Shown: piece by piece, positions 29,598-39,830 of the stretch
Layout of the letters: every line of letters begins with the position of its first letter
Numbering within the stretch: the stretch's first letter is position 1
Assembly (NCBI GenBank): GCA_026986575.1
Contig: JALSOH010000009.1
Coordinates: 192,001 to 256,000 of the forward strand
Length of the DNA: 64,000 nt
Reading direction: 5' to 3'
Origin: Thermoproteota archaeon
Lineage (GTDB): Archaea; Korarchaeota; Korarchaeia; Korarchaeales; Korarchaeaceae
The notes under the pieces: model-generated
What the model was told of the DNA's origin: nothing
Databases searched by the model: none
What the model saw: only the letters and a program-made list of their open reading frames with translations
Program-made: the position numbers and the translations under genes

Positions 29598-30290
29598 TCA
29601 TTCAGTGGCCCTGCCGAGGAACGTCATTCCTGCCATCTTCCTCCTGTAGTCCTCCCTAGTGTATTCTCTGATGACCCCCCATCGCTTTGCGTCCTCTTCC
29701 TTGTCGAAAACTTCGAGTTCGAATAGATCGTAGGTCTTGCAGTTCTTCAGCTCCTCCTCCGACAGTTCCCCGCCCTCGAGTATTATCTTCTGGAGCCTGT
29801 TACCCACTACCCCATTGATCTCTCCCTCAATCCTTATGGCCTCGCCCTTTGCCTTCTTCAGGTCACCTTCCACCACGATCATGCAGTCTATGTCCCTTCC
29901 CATGTAGTAGCGGAACTCGTGGAGTCCCTCACCGCCCATCCTGTCGGCTATGATGAACTTCCTTACCTTCACCTCCCTCAGCTCGAAGAGGCGCCAGATG
30001 ATGAACCAGCACCTTTCCTCCAAGTACTTCTTGAAGAACTTGTAGAACTCCAAGTAAACGAGGTCCAGCTTCTCTAAATCCTCGAACTCGAAGCCAGTGG
30101 TGAAGAGATACATGCACCTCAGGAACGTGCGTGGGACATCTGATCTACTCAATTTCATTCCGTTATGGCTCAGTCGGGAGAGGGCGTAGTCAACAGCCTC
30201 TTCAACCATCCTCTCCAGCTTGTAAAGATAGTAATACTCTTCGCTCTCCTCTCCGATCTTGGTACCCTCTCCCGACATCACACGGCTCAC
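29598..30290 (-). CDS. Hypothetical protein, possible divergent nucleotidyltransferase fold
   Basis: GRDIDCMIVV (DxD on a beta strand) and a later FELEVF; GS motif not evident. Confidence 0.55.
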   Translation of the reverse strand: MSRVMSGEGTKIGEESEEYYYLYKLERMVEEAVDYALSRLSHNGMKLSRSDVPRTFLRCMYLFTTGFEFEDLEKLDLVYLEFYKFFKKYLEERCWFIIWRLFELREVKVRKFIIADRMGGEGLHEFRYYMGRDIDCMIVVEGDLKKAKGEAIRIEGEINGVVGNRLQKIILEGGELSEEELKNCKTYDLFELEVFDKEEDAKRWGVIREYTREDYRRKMAGMTFLGRATE

Positions 30291-30394
30291 TACACCCTAC
30301 CAGTAAAGAACATTTCGCTGTGGTAAGTTAACAAGGACCTTGAGGAACCGCTCGTTCGAGGAACACTTATATAAGCTCGAAGGAGGAAGATTCG

Positions 30395-31078
30395 ATGTCT
30401 CTCTCGGCCGAGGAGAAGAAAAAGTTCTTGAAAGCATTGGAGGAGGATGAAGAGTTCAAATTCGCAGTAGCTGGCCTGATCGGTTACAGGGAAATTCTTG
30501 AGCGCATAGTCGAGCTGGAGAGCGGCCAGAAGGAGCTGAAGGAGAGCGTGGAGGGGTTAAAGGAGGGCGTTGAGGGACTGAAGAAGGGGCAGGAGGAGCT
30601 GGAGAGCGGCCAGAAGGAGCTGAAGGAGAGCGTGGAGGGGTTAAAGGAGGGCGTTGAGGGACTGAAGAAGGGGCAGGAGGAGCTCAGGAGGACAGTCAAC
30701 GTCATAGCCCACAGGTTCGGGGTTATATCAGAGATGTCATTCAGGGAGGGGTTGAGGCATGTCTTGGAGGAGGAGTTCGGCGTCGCTGATGTGGGCAGGT
30801 TCGTGATGGAGGACGATGAAGGTCAGGTCTACGGCCATCCGAGTGAGGTGGAGGTCGATGTACTGGTCAAGGACGGCAAGCACATCCTCATAGAGGTGAA
30901 GTCGAGGGTCTCGAAGGGAGACGTGGCCGAGCTCCACAGAGTCGGGAAACTTTACGAAAGGAAAATTGGAATTAAACCTTCTCTGGTGATAATAGGTGGT
31001 TTAATTGATGAAGGGGCCAAGGAACTGGCGGACAGACTAGGCGTGAGGATAATACCCGCTGTCGATTCATCTAGATGA
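30395..31078 (+). CDS. Coiled-coil + PD-(D/E)xK nuclease-domain protein (DUF3782-like)
   Basis: LEEDEEFKFAVAGLIG N-terminus, heptads, EVDVLV...LIEVKSR. Confidence 0.85.
   Translation: MSLSAEEKKKFLKALEEDEEFKFAVAGLIGYREILERIVELESGQKELKESVEGLKEGVEGLKKGQEELESGQKELKESVEGLKEGVEGLKKGQEELRRTVNVIAHRFGVISEMSFREGLRHVLEEEFGVADVGRFVMEDDEGQVYGHPSEVEVDVLVKDGKHILIEVKSRVSKGDVAELHRVGKLYERKIGIKPSLVIIGGLIDEGAKELADRLGVRIIPAVDSSR
30512..30679 (+). repeat. Exact 84-bp tandem duplication (2 copies) encoding ELESGQKELKESVEGLKEGVEGLKKGQE
   Basis: 30512-30595 is identical to 30596-30679. Confidence 0.92.
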
Positions 31079-31177
31079 CGACACACTTGGGTAATCTCAC
31101 CACCTTCTAAACCCCCTGATAGTCCCTTGGAGGGGGAACTCCATCCCTCTCGACCTGGATTCGCCCAGAAAGAGCTC

Positions 31178-31555
31178 CTAACCCGATAAGCTCAGGAGGC
31201 GAAGATCATCCCTCAATACCACCGCCTCCCTCAGTATCCTCTTCCACCAAGCTTTCTTGAATTGAGAGAGGGCTTCTTGGGGTGTGAGGCACCTTATCTC
31301 GAATCTCGGAGGAAGGAGATCCACTATTAGGTCCACCCTCTCGAGGAACGGTACTCCCCCAAAGGCATCTGATATAACGATCAGGTCCACATCGCTCCAT
31401 AGGTTGAAGTCGCCCCTAGCGTAGCTGCCGTATAGCAGGATCGTAACCTCTCCAAGCCTCTCTTTCAGTTTATTAGATAACCTCACAGCCTCTTCAATAA
31501 CCGCCCTTCTCTCATCCCTCCTCCTCTCCAGCAATTTCCTCAATCCTCGATGCAC
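31178..31555 (-). CDS. Minimal nucleotidyltransferase (MNT) antitoxin
   Basis: LYGSYARGDFNLWSDVDLIVIS. Confidence 0.9.
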   Translation of the reverse strand: MHRGLRKLLERRRDERRAVIEEAVRLSNKLKERLGEVTILLYGSYARGDFNLWSDVDLIVISDAFGGVPFLERVDLIVDLLPPRFEIRCLTPQEALSQFKKAWWKRILREAVVLRDDLRLLSLSG

Positions 31556-31934
31556 ACCTCTTCACCCCCTCCAGAACTTTCCTCGCCATGTCACGGGCAG
31601 CTTCGGCATCCTCCAAGCTGAAGAACTCGTAGGGAGATCCTCCGGGGAAGGCGTCAGGATATCTGGCCGGTATGTAGAACTTGCTCAGGTGAAGGACTTC
31701 CCCCTCGAGGTCGGAACCGCATATCTCCTTGAACTCCTCATGTAGCTTCTTGAGATCGTGGCTGAAGGCCTCCCTTCCAGCTCCCCTCAGGAGAGCCTTG
31801 AATGCTAGTTCAGCGGCCTGTTGAGCCTTGAAGCACGCCCAGTCGAAGCTGCCGTTCCTGATATCCGCTTCAATTGACCTGAGCGTATGTTCCGCCTGAG
31901 CGATCCACCTCCTGTACTCCTCCCAGTCAAACAT
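31512..31934 (-). CDS. HEPN-domain protein (HEPN-MNT module)
   Basis: WACFKAQQAAELAFKALL, SHDL and YIPARYPDA. Confidence 0.9.
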   Translation of the reverse strand: MFDWEEYRRWIAQAEHTLRSIEADIRNGSFDWACFKAQQAAELAFKALLRGAGREAFSHDLKKLHEEFKEICGSDLEGEVLHLSKFYIPARYPDAFPGGSPYEFFSLEDAEAARDMARKVLEGVKRCASRIEEIAGEEEG

Positions 31935-31992
31935 CCGGTGAAATGGGACTTTCTCTCCAATTAAAAATTCCTGATCGTGTTAACTAGCCTCT

Positions 31993-32571
31993 CTAGCAAC
32001 CCGGCCTGACCAGCTTTCTCGTCACGGTTATGTGGTTGAAAGGCCTACCGTGCACCTCTTCGAAGACGAAGGATCCCATCTCAAGGCGAGGGGTAGTGTA
32101 TTCCGGTCCCTCGGGTTTGCCCACAGTAATTATAGCGACTGGAACCCTGTCTCTAGGAGCTCCGACAATCCTCAATACCTCTTGATCGCGAAATGCTCCC
32201 ACCCAACAGGTCCCGTAGCCCAAAGCGTGGGCTGCGAGCATAGCGAATGTGGCAGCTATGGCGGCGTCCTGCAGCGAGTAGAGCCTCGCCCCTCTCCTCC
32301 CATAAATGGCCGCGGACCTCTCAGGGTATGCTAAGAAGACTAGGTGCACTGGTGCTTGGGCCATGAACATCTGATTTAGGGATGCCTTGGCCAGCTCAAC
32401 CCTCCTCTTCCTATCCCTTACCACGACTATCTCATAGGCCTGAAGATTACCAGCTGAAGGAGCGGAGCATGCAGCCTCTAGTATCAGGTTCAAGTCATCT
32501 TCACTCACTTCCTCACTGGAATACCTTCTAACGGACCTACGCCTCGCCATTACGTCGAAGATGTCCGGCAT
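31993..32571 (-). CDS. Nitroreductase-family protein
   Basis: RRSVRRY, APSAGNLQ and LGYGTCWVGAF. Confidence 0.92.
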   Translation of the reverse strand: MPDIFDVMARRRSVRRYSSEEVSEDDLNLILEAACSAPSAGNLQAYEIVVVRDRKRRVELAKASLNQMFMAQAPVHLVFLAYPERSAAIYGRRGARLYSLQDAAIAATFAMLAAHALGYGTCWVGAFRDQEVLRIVGAPRDRVPVAIITVGKPEGPEYTTPRLEMGSFVFEEVHGRPFNHITVTRKLVRPGC

Positions 32572-32840
32572 CTCCCCTTCATAACTGACCGAGAATAAAT
32601 ATGTTCAGTTGCGATGACATAATGACTCATTGATGTAGAATTTCCGGTCGGTGATACGCGTAAATTCAGTTATTTCTCACACAAGAACAATTAAGAGGTT
32701 CTATCGCGTCACCACGGCATCTTTTCACGATTTCCGTCCTCGTACTAATTTGCAATAATTTTGATTTGTCAAGGGATCTGAGATAAATGCGGAAGCTTAA
32801 TATTAGAACGGTTCGTCCAAAAACAAAAGGAGGTGTTCTT

Positions 32841-33782
32841 ATGGATTCTAAGGGAGTTTTAGCCATAGGTCTGATTGTGGCCTTCATAATAGGTGCCGCG
32901 GTGGGCTACATTGCGAAGCCGAGCGCCCCAGCTGAGGTCAAGACTGTCACAGTTACGAACACCATCACTCAGGGCGCTCCTGGGGCCAAGACCGTTACCC
33001 AGACCGTTACGAAGACGGTAACGCAGGCTGGAGCTGCGCCAGGAGGAGTGCTAGCAGAGATAAAGAAGAAGGGCAAGATAGTTGTGGCCACCTCACCTGA
33101 CTGGCCACCGTTCGAGTTCATTGACCCCAAGACTAACAAGATAGTGGGTTACGAGGTCGACATAATGGAGGAAGTGGCGAAGAAGCTGGGGGTCAAGGTT
33201 GAGTGGAAACCCATGGACTTCGATGCCATAATCCAGGCGGTCAAGAACAAGGAGGTCGACATGGGAGTCAGCGGCTTCTCGGTCACTCCCGAGAGGTTGA
33301 AGGAGGTCCTGTTCACCATGCCCATTCACATAACCAAGGTCCAGCTCATAATGCTAGAGCCCAAGGCCAAGGAGCTAGGCATAACCACCCTTGGTTCGTT
33401 GGAGGAGGCGTTCAAGTACAACTTGGTAATAGGAACCGGTAGCGGAACCACCGAGGAGGACGAGCTGCTCCAGCTGGTGAAGCAGGGCAAGCTGAAGTCC
33501 TCGCAGGTGAAGTCCTACCCGGACTTCGAGGTGGCCCTCGAGGACATGAAGAAGGGAACCATAGATGCCGTTTACGCGGAGACCCCGATCACCACCTACT
33601 GGAACTCCACCTCCGAGGTGCCGCTGAAGGTGGTGTACAGCAGGAGTTACTGGCCCGTGGCCTTCGTCCTACACAAGGATGCCATTGACCTGATGAAGGA
33701 GATCGACGGCATCCTAGCTGAGATGTACGCCAACGCGAAGATCGACGAGATAGCCGACAAGTGGGGAGTGCCCAAGGGCTGA
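32841..33782 (+). CDS. Polar amino-acid ABC transporter substrate-binding protein
   Basis: N-terminal TM, Thr/Val-rich stalk, ATSPDWPPFE, GYEVD and SVTPER. Confidence 0.92.
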   Translation: MDSKGVLAIGLIVAFIIGAAVGYIAKPSAPAEVKTVTVTNTITQGAPGAKTVTQTVTKTVTQAGAAPGGVLAEIKKKGKIVVATSPDWPPFEFIDPKTNKIVGYEVDIMEEVAKKLGVKVEWKPMDFDAIIQAVKNKEVDMGVSGFSVTPERLKEVLFTMPIHITKVQLIMLEPKAKELGITTLGSLEEAFKYNLVIGTGSGTTEEDELLQLVKQGKLKSSQVKSYPDFEVALEDMKKGTIDAVYAETPITTYWNSTSEVPLKVVYSRSYWPVAFVLHKDAIDLMKEIDGILAEMYANAKIDEIADKWGVPKG

Positions 33783-33814
33783 GAGAGGCAAGGTAAGTTG
33801 AGGGAGGTCAGGCT

Positions 33815-34468
33815 TTGTTCACCCTCGAGAACTTCCTTTTTTTACTCCAAGGAGTACCCAATACTCTGGCAATTTCTTTCCTCTCGTTCGCTCTAGGTTT
33901 CGCCCTCGGCATACCTACAGCCATAGTCAAGCAGTTTTCCCCATACGGTCTGGGGCATGTGGCCGATGCCTACATTAGCGTCATGAGGGGGATCCCCGTT
34001 CTAGTGATAATGCTCCTCTTCCACTTCGGTATGGCAGGGATAATCCCCGTTTTCAAGAGCGCTTTCCTATCCGCCACATTCGCCCTAGGATTAAGGAGCG
34101 GCGCCTTTCAGTCCCAGATATTCAGGGGTGCGATAAATTCCGTGGGTAGGCAGCAGATGATGGCTGCCACCTCACTGGGAATGAACAGATGGCAGGCATT
34201 CAGGTACGTGATCCTTCCGCAAGCCTTCATAGTGGCCCTTCCCGGGCTGGGCAGTGAGATAGCTTTGCTGATAAAGGACTCATCCTACGCATTCGTATTG
34301 GGTGTCTTGGAACTGACCAAGTATTCGGATATAGTGAGGAAGGCGACCAGATCCTTCCTTTACCCCTACCTGATAGCGGCCATCCTGTACATCCTGATCA
34401 CCTTCCCGGTGGCCAATTACCTCGACAGGCTCGGGTCGAGGCTGAAGACAAAGTACGGTTTGAGGTGA
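33815..34468 (+). CDS. Polar amino-acid ABC transporter permease
   Basis: RGIPVLV, EAA-like loop (QMMAATSLGM) and IKDSS. Confidence 0.92.
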   Translation: MFTLENFLFLLQGVPNTLAISFLSFALGFALGIPTAIVKQFSPYGLGHVADAYISVMRGIPVLVIMLLFHFGMAGIIPVFKSAFLSATFALGLRSGAFQSQIFRGAINSVGRQQMMAATSLGMNRWQAFRYVILPQAFIVALPGLGSEIALLIKDSSYAFVLGVLELTKYSDIVRKATRSFLYPYLIAAILYILITFPVANYLDRLGSRLKTKYGLR

Positions 34469-34472
34469 TTCG

Positions 34473-35216
34473 ATGGGCGAGGTAGTTCTCGCGTGTGAGG
34501 GGTTGAAGAAGAGGTATGGGGACCTGTGGGTCCTCAAGGGTATTGACTTCGAGATAGAGAAGGGGCAGACCAAGGTGATAATCGGGCCCAGCGGGTCCGG
34601 TAAGTCCACCTTCCTAAGGCTGATGGGCTTACTAGAGCCACCGACCGAGGGTAAGATATACTTCGAGGGGAAGGATGTGTACGGCTCCGGACTGGACCTG
34701 AACATGATCAGAGCGAAGATAGGCTTCGTTTTCCAAGAACCGAGCCTCTTCAGGCACCTCACAGCGTTGGGGAATGTGAAGCTCGGCCCCAAGGTCGTTC
34801 TCAAGATGAAGGATGACGAGGCAGAGAGGAAGGCCTTAGAGGCCCTTAAAACGGTCAGATTGGAGGAGTGGTCCCATCATTACCCGGCCCAGCTCTCCGG
34901 CGGACAGCAGCAGCGGGTGGGTATAGCTAGGGCCTTGGCGATGGATCCGGACATAATACTGTTCGACGAGCCCACCGCCTCTCTGGACATAGAGCTCACT
35001 TGGGAGGTCATCGATGTAATGAAGGATCTAGCCAGAAGGGGCGTCACCATGCTAGTGGTCACTCACGAGCTCGGGTTCGCGAAGGAGGTGGCCGATGAGA
35101 TCTTATTCATGGATGACGGGCGCATAATAGAGTCAGGTCCTCCGGAGGAGCTCTTGAAGAATCCGAAAAGTCCGAGGGCAAGGGAGTTCCTAAGGAGGCT
35201 CATCGGGGGGGTCTGA
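34473..35216 (+). CDS. Polar amino-acid ABC transporter ATP-binding protein
   Basis: GPSGSGKST, LSGGQQQRV, FDEPT and VTHE. Confidence 0.95.
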   Translation: MGEVVLACEGLKKRYGDLWVLKGIDFEIEKGQTKVIIGPSGSGKSTFLRLMGLLEPPTEGKIYFEGKDVYGSGLDLNMIRAKIGFVFQEPSLFRHLTALGNVKLGPKVVLKMKDDEAERKALEALKTVRLEEWSHHYPAQLSGGQQQRVGIARALAMDPDIILFDEPTASLDIELTWEVIDVMKDLARRGVTMLVVTHELGFAKEVADEILFMDDGRIIESGPPEELLKNPKSPRAREFLRRLIGGV

Positions 35217-35230
35217 AGACGGCGGCACCT

Positions 35231-35914
35231 CTGGATCCCGTATCATTCATCATCAGCTTCGTCACCGAGTACTATCCTTTCATCATAGAGGGGTTCCTCA
35301 CTACCGTGGAGATGACGTTCTTGGGCTTGGCTGGGGGCTTCGTGCTGGGAATCCTCTCCGCTCTGGGGGATGTCTACGGAACCAAGCTGATGAAGGTGAT
35401 TATCGCCGGCTATGTGGAGTTCTTCAGGGGAAGCCCACTGATAGTCCAACTCCTGTTCTTCTACTTCTCCATACCGGCCCTGACAGGCCTTAACTGGGAC
35501 GCGTTCACCGCGGGCGCCGTGACGCTCATGCTGAACAGCGGTGCCTACCAGAAGGGCTACTTCAAGGGGGCGATAGAGGCCGTCTTCAAGGACCAACTGA
35601 TGGCCGCCAAGTCGCTGGGGATGACCTTCAGGCAGACGCTGAGGCATGTGGTCCTACCTCAGGCCCTCAGGATAGTCATACCACCGTGGACCAACGAGTA
35701 CATATCCCTCGGTTTAAGCACCTCCGCCCTCATAGTCCTCGGTATCAGGGAACTCACTAACATATCCAAGAGCATCGCTGCCCAGACCTTCAGGCCGTTG
35801 GAGGTCTACCTCTTCGCTTCCGCGATATACTTCATCTGGATAACTGTGTCGATGAAGGTATTCGACTGGATATACGAGAGGGTGAGGATCCCGGGACTGG
35901 AGGTGAACATATAA
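35231..35914 (+). CDS. Polar amino-acid ABC transporter permease (probable CTG start upstream of the ORF-track start 35306)
   Basis: FRGSPLIVQL and QLMAAKSLGM; frame open upstream with permease-like YYPFIIEG. Confidence 0.88.
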   Translation: MDPVSFIISFVTEYYPFIIEGFLTTVEMTFLGLAGGFVLGILSALGDVYGTKLMKVIIAGYVEFFRGSPLIVQLLFFYFSIPALTGLNWDAFTAGAVTLMLNSGAYQKGYFKGAIEAVFKDQLMAAKSLGMTFRQTLRHVVLPQALRIVIPPWTNEYISLGLSTSALIVLGIRELTNISKSIAAQTFRPLEVYLFASAIYFIWITVSMKVFDWIYERVRIPGLEVNI

Positions 35915-36102
35915 AAACAACGCGAGCCAGGCTAAGGACATCCCTCTTAACCTAATTTTGTATCTCGTAATAAGTAAGACGTCCCTGAGCGATCGCAATC
36001 AGCAGGTAGGGTGACGGATAAGGGACAACGGATCTTCCATATATGAGGGAGTTTACTTTATTAAGAATAAATTTAAGTTAATAAAGAGCTATACTTTCTC
36101 GG

Positions 36103-37389
36103 ATGGACATGCGTTCCACCACGATAATACTCATGTTGTTGCTAGTTGTCCCCTCCATCGCCGCCTTAGCAGTACATCCCGGTGACTCTGAAATGGCAAC
36201 ACTCACGTTAAATGAGGATCTGGAGGAGGTGACTCCCTCGGGACCCACTTTCATTGTATACATTTATGAAGGAGGCAGCTGGAGGAATTATTACGAGGGG
36301 AGCAATCCGCCTGATGTGGAGGTCCCTCCTGGATCTTCCGTCCAACTGGCAGTCAAGATGAATGTAAGTAGGAGAGGGGAGTATCGTATCGGCAGCGGCG
36401 TGTATACAATTACCGATCTACCTGATGACGAAGCCAATGACATAGTGAGGGTCTCGGCTCACGCTTTCATTTACAGGCCACTAGGAGTGCTAAGTGCCAC
36501 CGCGACCGCCGGTATATTAAGGTGCTACCCTAACCTCAGGGTTAGGCTCTCGGTGAGCTACAGCAAGAGGTACGAGGGCGAGACTCGTGAGCATATCGGA
36601 GGGAGGACGATCACAGTGACCTGCAGGTCCTCAGGAATGCCCCCTTGGATCCATCCCCCCACGACTCCTCCACCGACCTCCCCACCCATCCCACCGTGGC
36701 TCACCTCCACAGGCACGGGGACAGCTACCTCAACTACCTCGTCATCCACAAGTACTTCCTCGTCCTCCACAGCATCGACCTCGACTACCCAAGGATCGAC
36801 CGAGACCCAAGGTTCCGGAACCGCATCCATGCCCGCATCAGGATCCACGTCCACATCCGGGTCCAGTTCAGGCTCAGGCCTCTCACTCAACCCGACCTCC
36901 CAAGAGGTGGACGCAGGAGACGTAGCTTATTACGACTTCTGCACTCCCCTGAGCAATCCCTCCTTTAGGGTGGAGGGGTTGCCCACTGGCTACAGGTACG
37001 TCATATCCAAGGAGGGGAGCTGTTACAGGCTGAAGATATTCACCCATCCCCTCTCCTATGGGAGGTTAGATATGACCCTGGTCGTGAGGTCCGGGGGCAG
37101 CGAGGAGAGAGCTGATTTCTCCGTGCTGGTGAGGAAGGCTACCACCAGCGCGACGGCTGGTGCTGGTGGTACATCCGGACCCACATCGCCCATACCCACC
37201 ATGGAGATGGGCACCGGGACGGGCGGCAGCTTCTCGCCTTCGCAACTTACTCGATCATCTCCATCCCCCCAAGTGGTCACCGTCACAACCGTGGTGGAGG
37301 AACCGGGTGGAGATCTGCTCCTTCCCCTAGGAGGGATCGCTGGAGTGCTGACCCTGCTCGTGGTGCTCATGATCAAGAGGAGGAGATAA
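36103..37389 (+). CDS. Secreted protein with Pro/Thr/Ser-rich linkers and C-terminal TM anchor
   Basis: Signal peptide, low-complexity S/T/P tracts, TM helix followed by KRRR. Confidence 0.8.
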   Translation: MDMRSTTIILMLLLVVPSIAALAVHPGDSEMATLTLNEDLEEVTPSGPTFIVYIYEGGSWRNYYEGSNPPDVEVPPGSSVQLAVKMNVSRRGEYRIGSGVYTITDLPDDEANDIVRVSAHAFIYRPLGVLSATATAGILRCYPNLRVRLSVSYSKRYEGETREHIGGRTITVTCRSSGMPPWIHPPTTPPPTSPPIPPWLTSTGTGTATSTTSSSTSTSSSSTASTSTTQGSTETQGSGTASMPASGSTSTSGSSSGSGLSLNPTSQEVDAGDVAYYDFCTPLSNPSFRVEGLPTGYRYVISKEGSCYRLKIFTHPLSYGRLDMTLVVRSGGSEERADFSVLVRKATTSATAGAGGTSGPTSPIPTMEMGTGTGGSFSPSQLTRSSPSPQVVTVTTVVEEPGGDLLLPLGGIAGVLTLLVVLMIKRRR

Positions 37390-37408
37390 CTCCTCCTTTT
37401 TTTGTTTG
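37390..37408 (+). terminator. U-rich terminator
   Basis: Pyrimidine run with a T7 tract immediately after the stop. Confidence 0.55.
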
Positions 37409-37797
37409 GATCTATCATGCATCTCAGAGGGGAATCCGCCTATCAGCCCTCCATCACCAGTTAGGGACTCTCTAGGATGGGTGAGATGCCAGAATCTGGA
37501 TCGATTGCTGAATTATCGCAAATCAGGGTTCGCTCGCCTCCATTCACTTGGACGGATAGGTCCGAACCCCCCATTACGATGAAATAGATCACCAAGCGCG
37601 GAAAGTAAGGCATCACCACTGGTCTCCTATAGGAGACTGTATAAAACGTGCTTCGGGACGATCCAAAGGTTAGGTAGCTGAAGAGAAAAGGTTATATTGG
37701 CTAAGTATGGAGATCCTTACAGGAAAGGCTCTCTCGGAGCCCTCACGTTCGTTTCTCGTCCTCAATATTGAAAATTCTTTTACAGGGGGGTGAGAGG

Positions 37798-38022
37798 TTG
37801 AAGACTAGGCTCGTCAGGGGTCTAGTGAGATTGCCTAGCGATGTGCTCGAAGCTCTGGGGTGGAGGGAGGGCATGGTCGTTAGGATAGAGGCTGACGGGG
37901 ATAAGGTGGTGATAAGACCAGCCTTCCCCACCAGCTGCACGGGGTGGTCGGCTGACGCAAGCCCTCCACCCTCATCACTTCATCTAGTAAGAGTCACACA
38001 TCAATTCCCTCAGCCGATGTAA
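37798..38022 (+). CDS. Orphan AbrB-family DNA-binding protein
   Basis: GLVRLPSDVLEALGWREGMVVRIEADGDKVVIRP; GGGGTGA SD before a TTG. Confidence 0.65.
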   Translation: MKTRLVRGLVRLPSDVLEALGWREGMVVRIEADGDKVVIRPAFPTSCTGWSADASPPPSSLHLVRVTHQFPQPM

Positions 38023-38285
38023 ATAAAGTGTTCCCAATATACGAGTTAGGAGGATCTGTATTGAGGGAACAAAGCCATTCCATGCAAAGGGAAATCTCTA
38101 GCATAGGTCCACTCATTTGGATTAATAAATATATTTTCATATGTAATAATAATTATTGTTATATTACATTTAGATTATTTCTATCCCTAATAAAGCTAAA
38201 CGCAGTTCTATCTAAATTAAATTTCCAAAAATGCTGTTATAACATAATCTATTTAAGCATTCCAAGGAAGCGGTCGAGGGAGATC

Positions 38286-39461
38286 ATGAGAAAGGTCCTA
38301 ATTCTAGGTGGTGGTCCGGTAGGATCTATGGTCGCCAATAAACTCTCCCGCGAGTTTAGAAGGGAGATAGCTAAGGGTGAGCTCGAGGTAACTCTTTTGG
38401 ACAAAAGTTCAATGGGCATCAACAGGGCTGGCTTCACATTCATTCCCTTTGGTTACTACGCCTCGGACGATCTGGTCAGGCCCATCAGATCCTACATAAG
38501 CCCCAGAGTAAAGACATATTTGGGCGAATATTTCAAAGTTACCGACGTGGACTTGGGAGAGAGAAGAGTGAAGACCAAAGGAGGCAAGGTCTTCGAGTAT
38601 GACTACCTTTTAATAAGTACTGGTGCAAGTTTCGATCCTACTTCCGTGCCTGGAATGAGGAGACACTTCAATAGCTTCTACACGAGTCTAGAAGACTCCA
38701 TATCGTTAGGAAGAAAGATAAGGGAGATGGATGGTGGTAACATCGTCATCTTAACGCCTAAGATGCCGATAACGTGTCCTGGCGCTCCGAGCAAGTTTAC
38801 CGTGATTCTCGATGATTACCTCAGGTCGTTTAAAGAGAGGGAAAAGTTCAAGATCACGTACCTGTGGCCAGTACCTAACATAGGTCCCCCAGCTTACAAC
38901 GAGAACATAACAAGGAACTTGAAAGAAAGGGAAATAAAAGATGTGAGGGACTTCAAGCTTGTTGAGGTCGATGAGAAGAGAAAGCTGGTAGTGGGTGAGG
39001 ATGGAGAGTACTCCTATGATCTCCTCATAACCATACCACCTCACATGGGATCGTTGAAGGGACTAAGCATAGCTGATGAGGAAGGATGGGTTCCCAACGA
39101 CAAATTCACTCTCCAATACAGGGGACCCGCTGGCAATTACGACGAAGTTTACGTGGCTGGAGACGCTGGGTCCAAGAGCCTGCTTAAGACCGGAGTTACC
39201 TCTCACTTCCAAGCTCTTGTAGTGGGGGAAAACATAGCTAGGGACCTTCAAGGCGTAGAGGATAAGGTCTACTACAGAGGACACATGGGATGTCCCTATG
39301 TGGAGGAGGCACCGAGTCCGAACAGTAGAGGCAAGGGGATGCTAGCGGTCTGGAAATACGGTGTGCCTCTTAATCCCTTTAGACCTGCTAGATCCGGGTG
39401 GAAGATTTACAGGATGTACTACTACCTTTTCTGGGATACTACTGCTAAGGCCCTGCTATGA
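38286..39461 (+). CDS. sqr: Sulfide:quinone oxidoreductase-like FAD oxidoreductase
   Basis: ILGGGPVG, YDYLLISTG, CPGAP, VYVAGD and C-terminal GCP; the ORF-track extension to 38028 is AT-rich non-coding DNA. Confidence 0.8.
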   Translation: MRKVLILGGGPVGSMVANKLSREFRREIAKGELEVTLLDKSSMGINRAGFTFIPFGYYASDDLVRPIRSYISPRVKTYLGEYFKVTDVDLGERRVKTKGGKVFEYDYLLISTGASFDPTSVPGMRRHFNSFYTSLEDSISLGRKIREMDGGNIVILTPKMPITCPGAPSKFTVILDDYLRSFKEREKFKITYLWPVPNIGPPAYNENITRNLKEREIKDVRDFKLVEVDEKRKLVVGEDGEYSYDLLITIPPHMGSLKGLSIADEEGWVPNDKFTLQYRGPAGNYDEVYVAGDAGSKSLLKTGVTSHFQALVVGENIARDLQGVEDKVYYRGHMGCPYVEEAPSPNSRGKGMLAVWKYGVPLNPFRPARSGWKIYRMYYYLFWDTTAKALL

Positions 39462-39473
39462 GGAGGTGATCCC

Positions 39474-39830
39474 ATGAGTGTGAAGATTATGGGTTTGTCT
39501 GAGGAAGATTTAAACACCCTCTCCGATATGTTGACTCTCTATCGTCTACTAATGGACATGATGAACGATCAGGTCATTGAAGAGTTGAGTAAACAGCTCT
39601 CTGTTTTAGCCAGGCTCCTGAACGGATTGATAAGCAGTGATCTCCCATCACTAATTGAGAGAGCGTTGCAAGATCCTGAGCTTGATAGGGCCCTGATTGA
39701 TCCGCCCAAGATGGGACTCTCTGGCCTCCTTGGGGCTCTAAGAGATGAGGATTTTCAGAGAGGATTAGGCATAGCTGTTGAGCTGCTGAAGGCTTTGGGA
39801 AGGGCTTCTAAGGGGATGGAAGAGGTTTAA
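39474..39830 (+). CDS. DUF1641-family protein
   Basis: GLSGLLGALRDEDFQRGLGI...LKALG; usual SQR neighbour; GGAGGTGA SD. Confidence 0.85.
   Translation: MSVKIMGLSEEDLNTLSDMLTLYRLLMDMMNDQVIEELSKQLSVLARLLNGLISSDLPSLIERALQDPELDRALIDPPKMGLSGLLGALRDEDFQRGLGIAVELLKALGRASKGMEEV

Noticed and set aside
30512-30679. Tandem repeat considered as a CRISPR array
   Set aside because: Two adjacent in-frame coding copies with no spacers and no cas genes
38028-38285. N-terminal extension of the SQR ORF
   Set aside because: AT-rich promoter-like DNA; the Rossmann motif begins right after the ATG at 38286
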